A stretch of 39,587 bases of DNA. It comes from Candidatus Moraniibacteriota bacterium (GTDB lineage: Bacteria > Patescibacteriota > Minisyncoccia > Moranbacterales > UBA1568). Below are positions 28,843 to 38,585 of this stretch, in pieces. Position 1 is the first letter of the stretch; each line of letters starts with the position of its first letter. Location: positions 1 to 39,587 of the forward strand of contig JAYRFE010000070.1 of assembly GCA_041908545.1 (NCBI GenBank), in the 5' to 3' direction. The notes beneath the pieces were generated by a model. The model saw nothing but the letters and a program-made list of their open reading frames with translations. It did not search any database and was not told the origin of the DNA. A program made the translations under genes and the position numbers.

Positions 28843-30372
28843 TTATCGTCCGAAACGATAAACGTCGATCGGTCCACGGACGGACGGATTACTTATCCGT
28901 TCCATCCGTTGTTTCATGTACGTTTCCGCCTCATTCGAGAAATAGTCATAGTCATTGTCCGAAAGAACGACCCAGCCGCTCTCGTGTTCCTTTACGATTC
29001 TCTCAAGAGCATCGAGTGAAAGCTTTTCCCGATTCACCTCGTCCCCAAGATCGTACACCGGGAGGTCGGTCCCGCTCCAGTAATAATTCCTCATATTCCG
29101 CGTAACCAGGACATCCGTCGGCAGCCGGTTCTTCTTCACGTATTCGAAAACCTTCCGATAATTCGGATTCCCTCCCGAAGACGTCTCATGATACGTATTG
29201 TTTTCCGCCAAAAAGTACCCGAAATTCGGCACAAGCAGAAAAAGACCGGAGAGGATGATCAACGAGGTCTTTCGACTCCACCGGGGATAATGTTCCAGAA
29301 GCGACTGCCACAGACCGAATATCCCGACCGCTGTCAGGATCAATCCGAACGACTGAGAGAAAAAGATATACTGCGGTCCCGCATTCCGTCGAAAAAACCA
29401 GATCGCACACACGAGCGGTATGATAAAAGAAAAAACAAGGTATCCGGCCGCTTTCGGTCGTCGTTCTCGTACCGCCAGGCTATACACTCCGAAACCCATG
29501 AGTCCGAGAGCGAACAGCGGATGGGCATAATCTTCCATCACGTATCCGAGATAGCTATAGTGATCATCGAACCAGATGAGGCCTGCCGAAAAGGAAGAAA
29601 AAAGGCCTGTCGCCGCGATACGGAGCGCTGCCAAAGCGGATATTCCGAGACCGAGCAATGAAAAATACCGATTCCGGAAATTCCCGGTCTCCCGATACCG
29701 TGTCATGCCAGCCCACAAGAGATACGCCGCCAGCGAAAAGACGATTGTCGCTGTCAGCTGATGAATCGAAAGCCCGATGACGAGCAGGATTCCGGACAGG
29801 AGAGCATACCCGACATGAATCCCTGTTCGCTCCCAGAATTTCCGGAATAGACGCCAGCGCGTCGAAACAGTCTGTTCAAGACAAAGGAAGAGAGTCGTCG
29901 CGAGAGCAAGATACACCGGAGCGAACATCGCGTACATCCGTAACCGGCGATCGAACACTATTTCCGAAACCGAAAGCGCGGCGAGAAACGTCGCCACGAG
30001 AGCGATCTCGCGTCGTTTCGTCAGCACCCAAGCGCTCCAGAAAACCGTGAGCAACGTGACGCCACCCCAAAAGACACTCACCGATCGGGCGACCGCCTCA
30101 GTCGGAGGGAGAAATCGGAACAACTGGGCCACCTGCCATTTATAGATATTCGCCCGCTCATCGCGCGCCGCATTCGCATTCACGGTACTCGGCTTCTGAT
30201 GATTAAAATCCCAAGCCTTCCATTCCCCGGTCTTGAAGTATCCATACGCGGAATTCATATCGAGAAACTCATCCGCCACGAACGAGTTGTTTCCCAAGCC
30301 ATACGCCCGAATCCCTACCCCGAGACAAAGAATGCATCCGAGAGTCAGAAATGTCCGTTTCCAAGAAACCAT
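28843..30372 (-). CDS. Membrane glycosyltransferase, GT39/PMT_2 (ArnT-like) family
   Basis: The N-terminus GVGIRAYGLGNNSFVADEFLDMNSAYGY is a DE-type first loop after TM1. It is followed by about 10 TM segments and a soluble C-terminal domain. Confidence 0.7.
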   Translation of the reverse strand: MVSWKRTFLTLGCILCLGVGIRAYGLGNNSFVADEFLDMNSAYGYFKTGEWKAWDFNHQKPSTVNANAARDERANIYKWQVAQLFRFLPPTEAVARSVSVFWGGVTLLTVFWSAWVLTKRREIALVATFLAALSVSEIVFDRRLRMYAMFAPVYLALATTLFLCLEQTVSTRWRLFRKFWERTGIHVGYALLSGILLVIGLSIHQLTATIVFSLAAYLLWAGMTRYRETGNFRNRYFSLLGLGISALAALRIAATGLFSSFSAGLIWFDDHYSYLGYVMEDYAHPLFALGLMGFGVYSLAVRERRPKAAGYLVFSFIIPLVCAIWFFRRNAGPQYIFFSQSFGLILTAVGIFGLWQSLLEHYPRWSRKTSLIILSGLFLLVPNFGYFLAENNTYHETSSGGNPNYRKVFEYVKKNRLPTDVLVTRNMRNYYWSGTDLPVYDLGDEVNREKLSLDALERIVKEHESGWVVLSDNDYDYFSNEAETYMKQRMERISNPSVRGPIDVYRFGR

Positions 30373-30458
30373 ATATTTGAAAAAAATTATCGATTCAAAC
30401 CCACAAACCCCGTTCCTCCGAAAAACTCCTCCCTTTCGAGTATCGCAAACACTGGAAG

Positions 30459-32339
30459 CTACCGTTCATCCGTTTCTTCATCAGCCGGTGAATCGATCGC
30501 GTCCTCACCGTCAGTTCCGTCCGAAACAGGCTGATTCCGGTCAAACCATTCCCTCCACGTATAGCGTGGGGGTGCCGATGAATCAGAAGGTTTTTTCAGG
30601 GAGAAATCCTGTCGTTCACCGATATACGCCTCAGGCTTCGGAACCAGCTCGAAGGCGACCAGAGTCCCGAAATCAGTCTTCGGGCCGATCATATAGGCGG
30701 TCCGGTATTTCAGAAGCGCATCCTCATGATTCGAGTGTGCGCGAAGGATAAGAAAGTAAACCCCTTGCCGATAGATTCCGTCAAATCCCAAGACGGCGTT
30801 CTCAACCCCTCGACGCTCCAGAAGATACTTCAAGGCCCTCCGGTGCTGCGGCTCGCTCCACATATACACCGGATACCCGGTCGCCCGTGAACGGGCTTCC
30901 AAAAAAGAGACGATGACCTGCTGTTGCGCGAGAGTCACCCGGATGCGCTCTTTAAGGATGCGATCCGGAGCGCTTTCGACCGCATCGGTTCCGGCTCGTG
31001 CAAGTTCATGGAAACGACCGGAAAGGAAAAAAAGGTTCGACCCGATAAGAAACGCTATGACACATGAACTGACAATCCTTCCGATATGGTGCCGATGGAT
31101 CAGACGCTCAACCGACAGGAGCAGAGTACCGAACGAAAGAAGGAAAAACGGTCCGGACAAAAGAAAGAACCGCGGCGCCACGCCGTATGAAAGCGGAAGA
31201 AAAACGACAAACGTTATCCCGATCCAGAGAAGGAGCAGAAGGAGAAAATCCGATTTGGTCCGTTCCCGTTCCCGCCACCAGAAGAACAGAAGGGTTAGTA
31301 TCGAAAGTATCGATATGCCTACGGCAACCACCCCGTACCATTTCCCTTCATCACAGCGATTCAGGCAGAGGCTCGTAAGGGTTCCGTTCTCGATGCGGAG
31401 AGCCGGAAACATTCCTCCTTCAAATCCGGTCATGATCACCAGATTGGCGAGACCATGTTCGCTCACATTACGCAGGAACTTCTCCGGAAGACCATGATCC
31501 TCTTTCGTCGACTTTTTGGTTATGGCCATGACAAATTCCCGGGAATTCTGCCCCCGTGTCTCGATTTCATTCAACACGACCGGAAGATACAGCACCCCGA
31601 TGATTCCGAATACCGAAAGCCAGGCCTTCCATGAATACTTTGGTCGCCGGATGAGAAGGAAACTCGCGACCAAAACCGGCAAGGTGATAAAGGCGAGAAA
31701 ATGAAGCTGAGACGCCATACCGAGAAGCGCCGCACCGACACTAAACCATACCCCCCGGCGTGACTCATGGGCATCAACCGATCGGAGCAGAGCATAAAAT
31801 CCGGCAAGGATGAAAAAAGGAAGCGGATTCGGATTCCATGCGAAACGTCCATACATGACGAAATATGCCGATACCGAAAACAGCGCGGTGAGTCCGAGCG
31901 ACAGTCGGTCCGAAAAGAAACGTCGGGCGAGAAGAAAAAAAGCTCCGACCGCGGCCACCGAAAGTATCATGACTCCAAGGGCATACCCGACCGGATCCAT
32001 ACCGAATACGAGACCGGACACATACTGAAAGACATAAAAAAAGGGCCCGAGACGGAGAAATGTCCCTCCTGCTTTCGGCCCGAGAAGCGGCAGATCAAAA
32101 AATGACCCTTCGGCTGCCCCATCGATCACCCGGGCATCACGAGCCTGATCAAGCTCGAAATGCAGCCAATCGGAGAAGTGAACACTCCGAAGAAAAAACC
32201 CGACACACAGAATACCGAGTAAAGCCAAAACCACCTGCCAACGCCACTGATTCTGTCCAGAATGCTGTTCCATATCAACTATGGTACACCATAGGGAAAG
32301 GGCCGCCAAATGTCTTCCAACCCTCTTCTCAGGACTCAA
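30459..32339 (-). CDS. Second ArnT/PMT-like membrane glycosyltransferase (GT39/GT83-like)
   Basis: LLGILCVGFFLRSVHFSDWLHFELDQARDA follows TM1, then multiple TM segments and a ~200-aa C-terminal soluble domain. An alternative start MEQHSG is at 32273. The start overlaps the rnhB stop by 4 nt. Confidence 0.65.
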   Translation of the reverse strand: MSPEKRVGRHLAALSLWCTIVDMEQHSGQNQWRWQVVLALLGILCVGFFLRSVHFSDWLHFELDQARDARVIDGAAEGSFFDLPLLGPKAGGTFLRLGPFFYVFQYVSGLVFGMDPVGYALGVMILSVAAVGAFFLLARRFFSDRLSLGLTALFSVSAYFVMYGRFAWNPNPLPFFILAGFYALLRSVDAHESRRGVWFSVGAALLGMASQLHFLAFITLPVLVASFLLIRRPKYSWKAWLSVFGIIGVLYLPVVLNEIETRGQNSREFVMAITKKSTKEDHGLPEKFLRNVSEHGLANLVIMTGFEGGMFPALRIENGTLTSLCLNRCDEGKWYGVVAVGISILSILTLLFFWWRERERTKSDFLLLLLLWIGITFVVFLPLSYGVAPRFFLLSGPFFLLSFGTLLLSVERLIHRHHIGRIVSSCVIAFLIGSNLFFLSGRFHELARAGTDAVESAPDRILKERIRVTLAQQQVIVSFLEARSRATGYPVYMWSEPQHRRALKYLLERRGVENAVLGFDGIYRQGVYFLILRAHSNHEDALLKYRTAYMIGPKTDFGTLVAFELVPKPEAYIGERQDFSLKKPSDSSAPPRYTWREWFDRNQPVSDGTDGEDAIDSPADEETDER

Positions 32340-33082
32340 ATCGCTCCCATAACCGGACCAGGAGAAGAACTTGGACGAAAGGGTCTTGACCGCAGATCAC
32401 GCGCGAAGCGCCGATTGACAACATCCGGAGAAGCGAGTTGCACCGGTCGAAACGACTGCCGATGGAGCGGACAGGCTCCGTATCTCCGCAAAGCATCCAG
32501 ATGCTCTTTCGTACCATAGCCCTTATGCCGGATGAACCCGTACACCGGATACTCCCGATCGAGAGCATCCATCATCCGATCACGCGTCACCTTGGCGATG
32601 ATAGAGGCCGCCGCGATAGACTTGGAAATACCGTCGCCGCCGATGAGCATTTCCTGTTTACCCGAAAAATTCGGCAACAGCTGATTGCCATCGATCAGAA
32701 AATGAGCTTGTTGCATATCACCGGCCGAAACAACCCGTTTCAAATCCGATATAGCCGCCTTCATCGCGAGAAAAGTCGCCTCAAGAATATTCACCCGATC
32801 GATCGTCTCGGCCGAAATGATGCCAATCCCAATAGCGAAGTGTTCCCCTATCACTGAAAATACCCGCTCCCGTTGTTTCTCGGACAATTTCTTTGAATCC
32901 CGCATCAAAGCAAACACGTTCTCTTGCGAAGCAGGAATAACGAAACTCAGATCGCGATACGCCACCGCAGCGGCCACGACCGGCCCGGCCAAGGGACCGC
33001 GACCGACCTCATCCACCCCGATCACGAAGCGGCTCCCACCGACCGATCTCTCTATTTCCATCTCAAAAGTCGTCTGTTGCAT
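32336..33082 (-). CDS. rnhB: Ribonuclease HII with a ~40-aa basic, Pro/Ser-rich C-terminal tail
   Basis: IGVDEVGRGPLAGPVVAAAV, DSKKLSEKQRE, FLIDGN, AASIIAKVTRD, GYGT. Start candidates are at 33112, 33082 and 33061. Confidence 0.9.
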   Translation of the reverse strand: MQQTTFEMEIERSVGGSRFVIGVDEVGRGPLAGPVVAAAVAYRDLSFVIPASQENVFALMRDSKKLSEKQRERVFSVIGEHFAIGIGIISAETIDRVNILEATFLAMKAAISDLKRVVSAGDMQQAHFLIDGNQLLPNFSGKQEMLIGGDGISKSIAAASIIAKVTRDRMMDALDREYPVYGFIRHKGYGTKEHLDALRRYGACPLHRQSFRPVQLASPDVVNRRFARDLRSRPFRPSSSPGPVMGAI

Positions 33083-33128
33083 GCATATAGTATAACGTAT
33101 CCGCAAAGCCAATGACCACCTGAAACGG

Positions 33129-33153
33129 CTGATAGCGGTTCAACCGCTATCAG
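33129..33153. repeat. Palindrome CTGATAGCGGTT-C-AACCGCTATCAG, copy 1 of the AGCGGTT..AACCGCT motif
   Basis: Perfect 12-bp arms, nested within CACCTGA...TCAGGTG (33117-33156), just upstream of rnhB on the minus strand. Confidence 0.7.
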
Positions 33154-33444
33154 GTGAGGGTTCCCTTTTTCCCTCAACCTGCTATACTTGGCTTACCATA
33201 AGCTTCTCTGCAAACCCCATGGAGCGATCCGGGCACTGAGAGAATCCACCGTCATGTCCAACCTCGAATATCCAGTTTCGAATTTTCTTTCGCTCCTTTC
33301 GGCGCGATTTTTTGTTGGAAATGGATGTCTTAAGAAGATTCAAAATTAGATTTTCGATACTCCATGCATATGGAACATCGGAAAGAACCACCTGTATCCC
33401 TCTTCACGGTATCCATAAATCACAAATCCGATATCTGATTTCAC

Positions 33445-36400
33445 ATGAACTTCACCCATCTCCACGTCCACTCGCACTATACTCTCTTGACCGCACTCGG
33501 CCGGCCGGAAGAACTTTTGGCGCATGCCAAGGAACTCGGACAGACCGCGCTCGCCCACACCGACACCTCCGCTCTCTACGGAGCGGTTGAATTCTACACC
33601 AAGGCCAAGGACTACGGGATCAAAGCGATCATCGGAGCCGAAATGTACGTCTGCCACGATCTCCACAGTAAAAACAATACCGCCGAAGACCGACGGCGTC
33701 ATACCATCGTCCTCCTCGTCAAAAACGAAACCGGCTACAAGAATCTCCTCAAGATCATTTCGATCGCCCAACTCGAAGGCTTCTACTACAAAGCCCGGAC
33801 TGATAAAGCTCTCCTCCGCCAGTATAGTGAAGGACTGATCGCACTTTCCGGATCGCTCCAGGGTGAAGTACCCTCCGAGCTCATCTATGGCGACTACGAT
33901 CGTGCCAAACTCGCCGCTCTCGAATATCAGGATATCTTCGGGGCTGGCAACTTCTACCTTGAAATCCAGCCGCATTTCAATCATGAAACTCACGCCACGG
34001 TCAATCAAGGACTGATCGCACTCTCGCGCGAGACGAGTATCCCTCTCGTTGCCGCGAATGACGTACACTATGTCCGCCGCGAAGACGCCGCTATCCAAGA
34101 CACGCTCCTCTGTATCCGGGACAATAAACGTGTCGACGACCGTGACCGCTTCTCGATGATGTCCCTCGATCTCTCACTCAAAAGCTCCGAGGAAATGATT
34201 GAAACCTTCAAAGATTTCCCGGATGCCATCGAGAATACCCAAAAAATCGTCAATGCCTGCCACTTCTCCTTTACCTTCGGTGTCAATCACCTGCCTGAAT
34301 ATCCGCTCCCGGAAGGTGTCACACCGGACGGATATCTACGCCAGCTCTGCGAAACGGGACTCAAGGAGCGCTTCGGTGATACCCCGACGACGGAAGAACA
34401 ACTCACCCGTCTCAACTACGAACTCGACATCATCGGCAAGACCGGCTTTGCGTCGTACTTCTTGATCGTCCAGGACTTCGTCAACTGGGCGAAAGACAAC
34501 GGGGTCGTGGTCGGTCCGGGTCGTGGTTCAGCCGCCGGCTCCTTCGTCGCCTACCTGACCGGTATCACCAACCTCGACCCGATCCAGTACGATCTCCTCT
34601 TCGAACGCTTCCTCAATCCGGAACGTATCTCCATGCCCGATGTCGATATGGACTTCGCCGATGATCACCGCGAAGACGTCCTGAACTACGTCCGCGAACG
34701 CTTCGGAGCCGACCATGTCGCACAGATCATCACCTTCGGAACCATGGCCGCCCGCGGTTCGATCCGCGATGTCGGACGTGCGCTCGGCATACCGCTTTCT
34801 CTTTGCGACCAGACCGCCAAAATGATTCCGATGTTCACTTCCATCAGAAAAGCCCTGGAAGAAGTCCCGGAATTCAAGACGCATTACGAAAGTAATGCCG
34901 AGGTCCGCCGCCTCGTTGACAACGCCCAGAAAATCGAAGGATTGGCCCGGCATGCCTCGATGCATGCCTGCGGCGTCGTCATCACCAAGGACCCGGTCAC
35001 CGAATACACCCCCCTCCAGCGTATTTCCGGTTCACGCGAAGGCGTCGTCACCCAATATGCCGCCTCAACCAAGAACAACGCGGTCGAAAAAATCGGCCTC
35101 CTCAAGATGGACTTTCTCGGTCTCAAAAACCTCACCATCATCCAGAACACCCTCCGTATCGTCCGGGCACTCGGCAAGTTCGAAGCACTGGCGCATACAC
35201 TCGGACTCAACCCGGATACCGCTTCCGTTACCGATGTGCTGGACAAACTACCGATCGATGATGTAGGAGCCTATCGGGTGCTCCAGGAAGCCCGAACGAC
35301 CGGCGTCTTCCAGCTCGAATCGACCGGCATGAAACGCTATCTGAAACAGCTGAAACCGACGGTCTTCGAAGACATCATCGCCATGGTCGCGCTCTATCGT
35401 CCGGGACCGATGGAATATATCCCCGACTTCATCGGCGGCAAACACGGCACCAAGCAGATCGAATATCTCCACCCGAAACTCGAACCGATTCTGAAGAACA
35501 CCTACGGCGTCGCCGTCTATCAGGAACAGCTCATGCAGATCGCTCGGGATCTTGCCGGTTTCTCACTCGGTGAGGCCGACGTGCTCCGCAAAGCCGTCGG
35601 AAAGAAAATCAAGGAACTCGTCGCGGAACAACGCATCAAATTCATCGAGGGCTGTGTCAAGCACGACATCACCAAACACGTCGCCGAACAGGTTTTTGCC
35701 TTCATCGAACCGTTTGCCGGTTACGGTTTCAACCGGTCCCATGCCGCCTGCTACGCGATGATCGGTTATCAGACCGCCTATCTCAAGGCTCACTATCCGG
35801 CCGAATTCATGGCCGCGCTCCTCACGAGCGATCAAAACGATACTGACCGCATCGCCATCGAAGTACGCGAGGCACGTGAAATCGGCTTGAGCGTTCTCCA
35901 ACCGGACATCAATGAAAGTTTCGAAAGCTTCGCGGTCATCCGGGGAGACGACGATATCGAGCGTATCCGCTTCGGTCTTCAGGCGATCAAGAATGTCGGT
36001 TCGGTCTGTGCGGAAGAGATCGTCAAGGAACGGAAGCGCGGCGGGAAATTCAAAAGTCTCGAAGACTTCGTCGAACGCGTCCAGACCAAGGATCTGAATA
36101 AAAAATCCATCGAAGCGCTCGCCAAGGTCGGCGCCCTCGACACCCTGGGCGAACGCGAGCAGATCCTCGAAAGCATCGATGCCATCATCCGCTACGGTAA
36201 GCAAGCCTCCACTCTGGCCGAGACACATACCGATAGCCTCTTCGGCTCCATGCCGCTTCCCAAGACCAAGATCAATCTCGCGCGAGCTATCCCGGCATCG
36301 AAACAGCAGCGCCTGGCCTGGGAAAAGGAGCTCCTCGGACTCTATGTCACCGGACATCCGGCCTCCGATTATCGGCATTACCTCAAAGAAACTACCACCC

Positions 36401-36975
36401 CACTCACCGATCTCGAAAAACAGGAGAATGACACCCGGATCCGCATCGGCGGTATCGTGACTTCCTCAAGACGAATGATCACTAAAAACGGACATCCGAT
36501 GTTCTTTATCGGTCTCGAGGATCTTACCGGCCGGACCGAAATCCTCGTCTTCGGCAAGACGGCGGAGCAAACCGACGGCTTTTGGAAAGAAGATGATATC
36601 GTACTCATCGATGCCCGCGTCTCTCACAAGGACGGCCAGCTCCGCTGTATCGCCGAAAGCGCCGAACGCCTTTCTCCCGATACCCTGACGCAGTTCGAGC
36701 GCGTGCGCGTCACCCGTGAGAAATCTGTGTCGGAAAAGGCACGGGCAAATGAGAACACCCTGACAGCTCCGAAACTCCTGATTACACTCGAAGAACAGGC
36801 TGATGCCGGACTCATCGGTAAACTCTCGGCCTTTCTCCGAACCGTACCGAAAGGAGAAACGAAAATCCTCGTCAAGATACACGGCACGACCATCGATACG
36901 CCCTTCTACATAAATCCCGAAGAAACGACCCTCGAACAGATACGTGCGCTCCAAGGTGTTGAATCAGTCGGATAA
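33445..36975 (+). CDS. dnaE: DNA polymerase III alpha subunit
   Basis: PHP N-terminus MNFTHLHVHSHYTLL, then GVVVGPGRGSAAGSFVAYLTGIT, ISMPDVDMDF, LLKMDFLGLKNLT, a C-terminal OB-fold region, 1176 aa. Confidence 0.97.
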   Translation: MNFTHLHVHSHYTLLTALGRPEELLAHAKELGQTALAHTDTSALYGAVEFYTKAKDYGIKAIIGAEMYVCHDLHSKNNTAEDRRRHTIVLLVKNETGYKNLLKIISIAQLEGFYYKARTDKALLRQYSEGLIALSGSLQGEVPSELIYGDYDRAKLAALEYQDIFGAGNFYLEIQPHFNHETHATVNQGLIALSRETSIPLVAANDVHYVRREDAAIQDTLLCIRDNKRVDDRDRFSMMSLDLSLKSSEEMIETFKDFPDAIENTQKIVNACHFSFTFGVNHLPEYPLPEGVTPDGYLRQLCETGLKERFGDTPTTEEQLTRLNYELDIIGKTGFASYFLIVQDFVNWAKDNGVVVGPGRGSAAGSFVAYLTGITNLDPIQYDLLFERFLNPERISMPDVDMDFADDHREDVLNYVRERFGADHVAQIITFGTMAARGSIRDVGRALGIPLSLCDQTAKMIPMFTSIRKALEEVPEFKTHYESNAEVRRLVDNAQKIEGLARHASMHACGVVITKDPVTEYTPLQRISGSREGVVTQYAASTKNNAVEKIGLLKMDFLGLKNLTIIQNTLRIVRALGKFEALAHTLGLNPDTASVTDVLDKLPIDDVGAYRVLQEARTTGVFQLESTGMKRYLKQLKPTVFEDIIAMVALYRPGPMEYIPDFIGGKHGTKQIEYLHPKLEPILKNTYGVAVYQEQLMQIARDLAGFSLGEADVLRKAVGKKIKELVAEQRIKFIEGCVKHDITKHVAEQVFAFIEPFAGYGFNRSHAACYAMIGYQTAYLKAHYPAEFMAALLTSDQNDTDRIAIEVREAREIGLSVLQPDINESFESFAVIRGDDDIERIRFGLQAIKNVGSVCAEEIVKERKRGGKFKSLEDFVERVQTKDLNKKSIEALAKVGALDTLGEREQILESIDAIIRYGKQASTLAETHTDSLFGSMPLPKTKINLARAIPASKQQRLAWEKELLGLYVTGHPASDYRHYLKETTTPLTDLEKQENDTRIRIGGIVTSSRRMITKNGHPMFFIGLEDLTGRTEILVFGKTAEQTDGFWKEDDIVLIDARVSHKDGQLRCIAESAERLSPDTLTQFERVRVTREKSVSEKARANENTLTAPKLLITLEEQADAGLIGKLSAFLRTVPKGETKILVKIHGTTIDTPFYINPEETTLEQIRALQGVESVG

Positions 36976-37009
36976 CATATTTTTAAAAGTTCCTTGTACA
37001 GTCTCTATA

Positions 37010-37088
37010 CGGAAGGCACTCTCTTACTTTTTCCTTGCTGCGTATTCGGAAATACGGGGCATCAGAAAAAGCAAGAGAGTACCTTCCG
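37010..37088. repeat. Hairpin repeat copy c (orientation A)
   Basis: cggaaggcactctcttaCTTTTT-CCTTGCtgCGTATTcggaAATACGgGGCATCAG-AAAAAGcaagagagtaccttccg. The arms are 23 nt with two C-A mismatches, which would be G-U pairs on the opposite strand. Confidence 0.85.
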
Positions 37089-37157
37089 CTTCATCGGGAA
37101 TATATTTCTACACTCCATCATTCGTACACTTTAAGGCAGAAGGTTTCTCAAGTATGG

Positions 37158-37233
37158 AGGGAGTGAGACTTCTCTTTTTTTGATGCCGGTGTTTCTGAAC
37201 ACGTCGCAAGAAAAAAGAGAAACCTCACTCCCT
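37158..37233. repeat. Hairpin repeat copy d (orientation B)
   Basis: agggagtgagacttctCTTTTTT-TGATGCCgGTGTTtctgAACACgtcGCAAG-AAAAAAGagaaacctcactccct. The arms have two adjacent mismatches. Confidence 0.85.
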
Positions 37234-37357
37234 TAGTATCTATCTCAAATCTCATAGGAAAAGCATTTCTAAAAAAATCATACTCCTTTTACTGACCTGA
37301 TGCATCAGTAAAGAGCGCTCTTTATGTTCACTTCAGGATGTGGTAAGGTATCCTTTC

Positions 37358-37398
37358 CCTTACAACGTGTTCAGAAAAATACGAGGCGCCAAAAAAGC
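37358..37398. repeat. Degenerate hairpin repeat core, copy e (orientation A)
   Basis: ccttacaacgtgttcagaaaaatacgaggcgccaaaaaagc compared with the family core ccttgcgacgtgttcggaaacaccggcatcagaaaaaag. The flanks (about 37325-37415) are only loosely self-complementary. Confidence 0.5.
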
Positions 37399-37478
37399 AA
37401 CTAGAAGGAACATTCTGTATCAAAAACAGCGCATTACTGCACGATACTATGGGATACGATAGGTGTCCGAAACGTGAA

Positions 37479-37554
37479 GGAAGGATAATTGCTCTTTTTT
37501 CTGATGCTGGTGTTTCTGAACACGTCGCAAGGAAAAAAGAGCGATTATCCTTCC
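37479..37554. repeat. Hairpin repeat copy f (orientation B)
   Basis: ggaaggataattgctCTTTTTT-CTGATGCTgGTGTTtctgAACACgtcGCAAGG-AAAAAAGagcgattatccttcc. The arms are 22 nt, with 21 Watson-Crick pairs and one G-T. Confidence 0.9.
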
Positions 37555-37599
37555 CTACTCTACGACATAGAAAACATTTTTAAAAAAACTCATCTTATT

Positions 37600-38529
37600 A
37601 TGGAATTACCCCCTCACAAACTGATCGTCATCGCCGGGCCGACCGCTTCCGGCAAGTCAGACCTAGCCATCGAGCTGGCGCATCGGCTGAACGGCGAAAT
37701 CATCTCGGCCGATAGCCGCCAGGTGTACAGCGGCATGAATATCGGCACTGGTAAGGTGCTCCGGGATTCGGAATCGGCGGCAGATGATGAATATATCTCC
37801 GGCGGCATCCGCCACCACCTCATCGATATCGCCAAACCGAACGAAGCGTACAATATCTCGGATTTCCTCCAGGATGCCAATCACGCACTCACCGGTATCC
37901 GCGCTCGCGGCAAGCGACCTCTCGTCTGCGGCGGCACGCATTTCTGGATCCAAGCACTCCTCGAAGGAACGAGTTTTCCGGCTGTTCCGCCCGATCCGGT
38001 CCTGCGGGACCACCTCAGCACCAAGACCACCGATGAGCTCTACACTCTGCTCAAAGCACAGGATCCGACCAGAGCCGCGACTATCGACCGGCAGAATCCA
38101 CTCCGCCTCATCCGCGCTCTCGAAATCGTCGCCGCTCTCGGCACAGTCCCCTCGATCACCCGACACGAACCATCAACCGCCGAAAACCACCCCACGATTC
38201 TCGTTCTCAATCCCCCGAAAGAAGTCCTCCGCGAGCGCATCAGGACGCGGCTTCTTAACCGATTCGCATCCGGCATGGTCGAAGAAGTCGAAAGGCTTCA
38301 CGGACAAGGAATCGATTGGGAGCGCCTTGAGAGCTTCGGCCTCGAATACCGATTCATAGCGGAATTCCTCCAAGGTAAACGAGATGAAACGTCCCTGCAA
38401 GCCGACCTCGAGCACGCCATCTGGCACTACGCCCGTCGACAGCTCTCCTGGCTCCGCCGCTGGGAACACCAGGGAACGACCCTTACCTGGATATCGGATC
38501 CCAAAGAAGCGATGAACCTCCCCTTCTAA
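37600..38529 (+). CDS. miaA: tRNA dimethylallyltransferase
   Basis: MELPPHKLIVIAGPTASGKSDLAIELA and ISADSRQVYSGMNIGTGK. The start is taken at ATG 37600, because the ORF-track start at 37489 lies inside repeat copy f. Confidence 0.93.
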   Translation: MELPPHKLIVIAGPTASGKSDLAIELAHRLNGEIISADSRQVYSGMNIGTGKVLRDSESAADDEYISGGIRHHLIDIAKPNEAYNISDFLQDANHALTGIRARGKRPLVCGGTHFWIQALLEGTSFPAVPPDPVLRDHLSTKTTDELYTLLKAQDPTRAATIDRQNPLRLIRALEIVAALGTVPSITRHEPSTAENHPTILVLNPPKEVLRERIRTRLLNRFASGMVEEVERLHGQGIDWERLESFGLEYRFIAEFLQGKRDETSLQADLEHAIWHYARRQLSWLRRWEHQGTTLTWISDPKEAMNLPF

Positions 38530-38585
38530 AGCTCCTGCTACCCATATCGATCCAAAAAAAGAGCACTCATCATCCCAACAAAAAA

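Noticed and set aside
33182-33391. 69-aa minus-strand ORF in the rnhB-dnaE spacer
   Set aside because: I found no recognisable motif, SD or conservation cue. The region is AT-rich promoter-like DNA upstream of dnaE, so it is left unannotated.
37501-37532. Hammerhead ribozyme or box C/D-type K-turn in the repeat core (because of CUGAUG)
   Set aside because: The core reads CUGAUGCC...GCAAGG. The hammerhead CUGAUGA/GAAA pair and the K-turn tandem G-A arrangement cannot be aligned without shifting conserved positions. Copy d also lacks the leading C.
36976-37599. CRISPR array in the dnaE-miaA spacer
   Set aside because: The repeats are each long self-complementary hairpins in alternating orientation, with irregular spacing and copy-specific arms. 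There are no direct repeats of 25-40 nt with unique spacers, and no cas genes.
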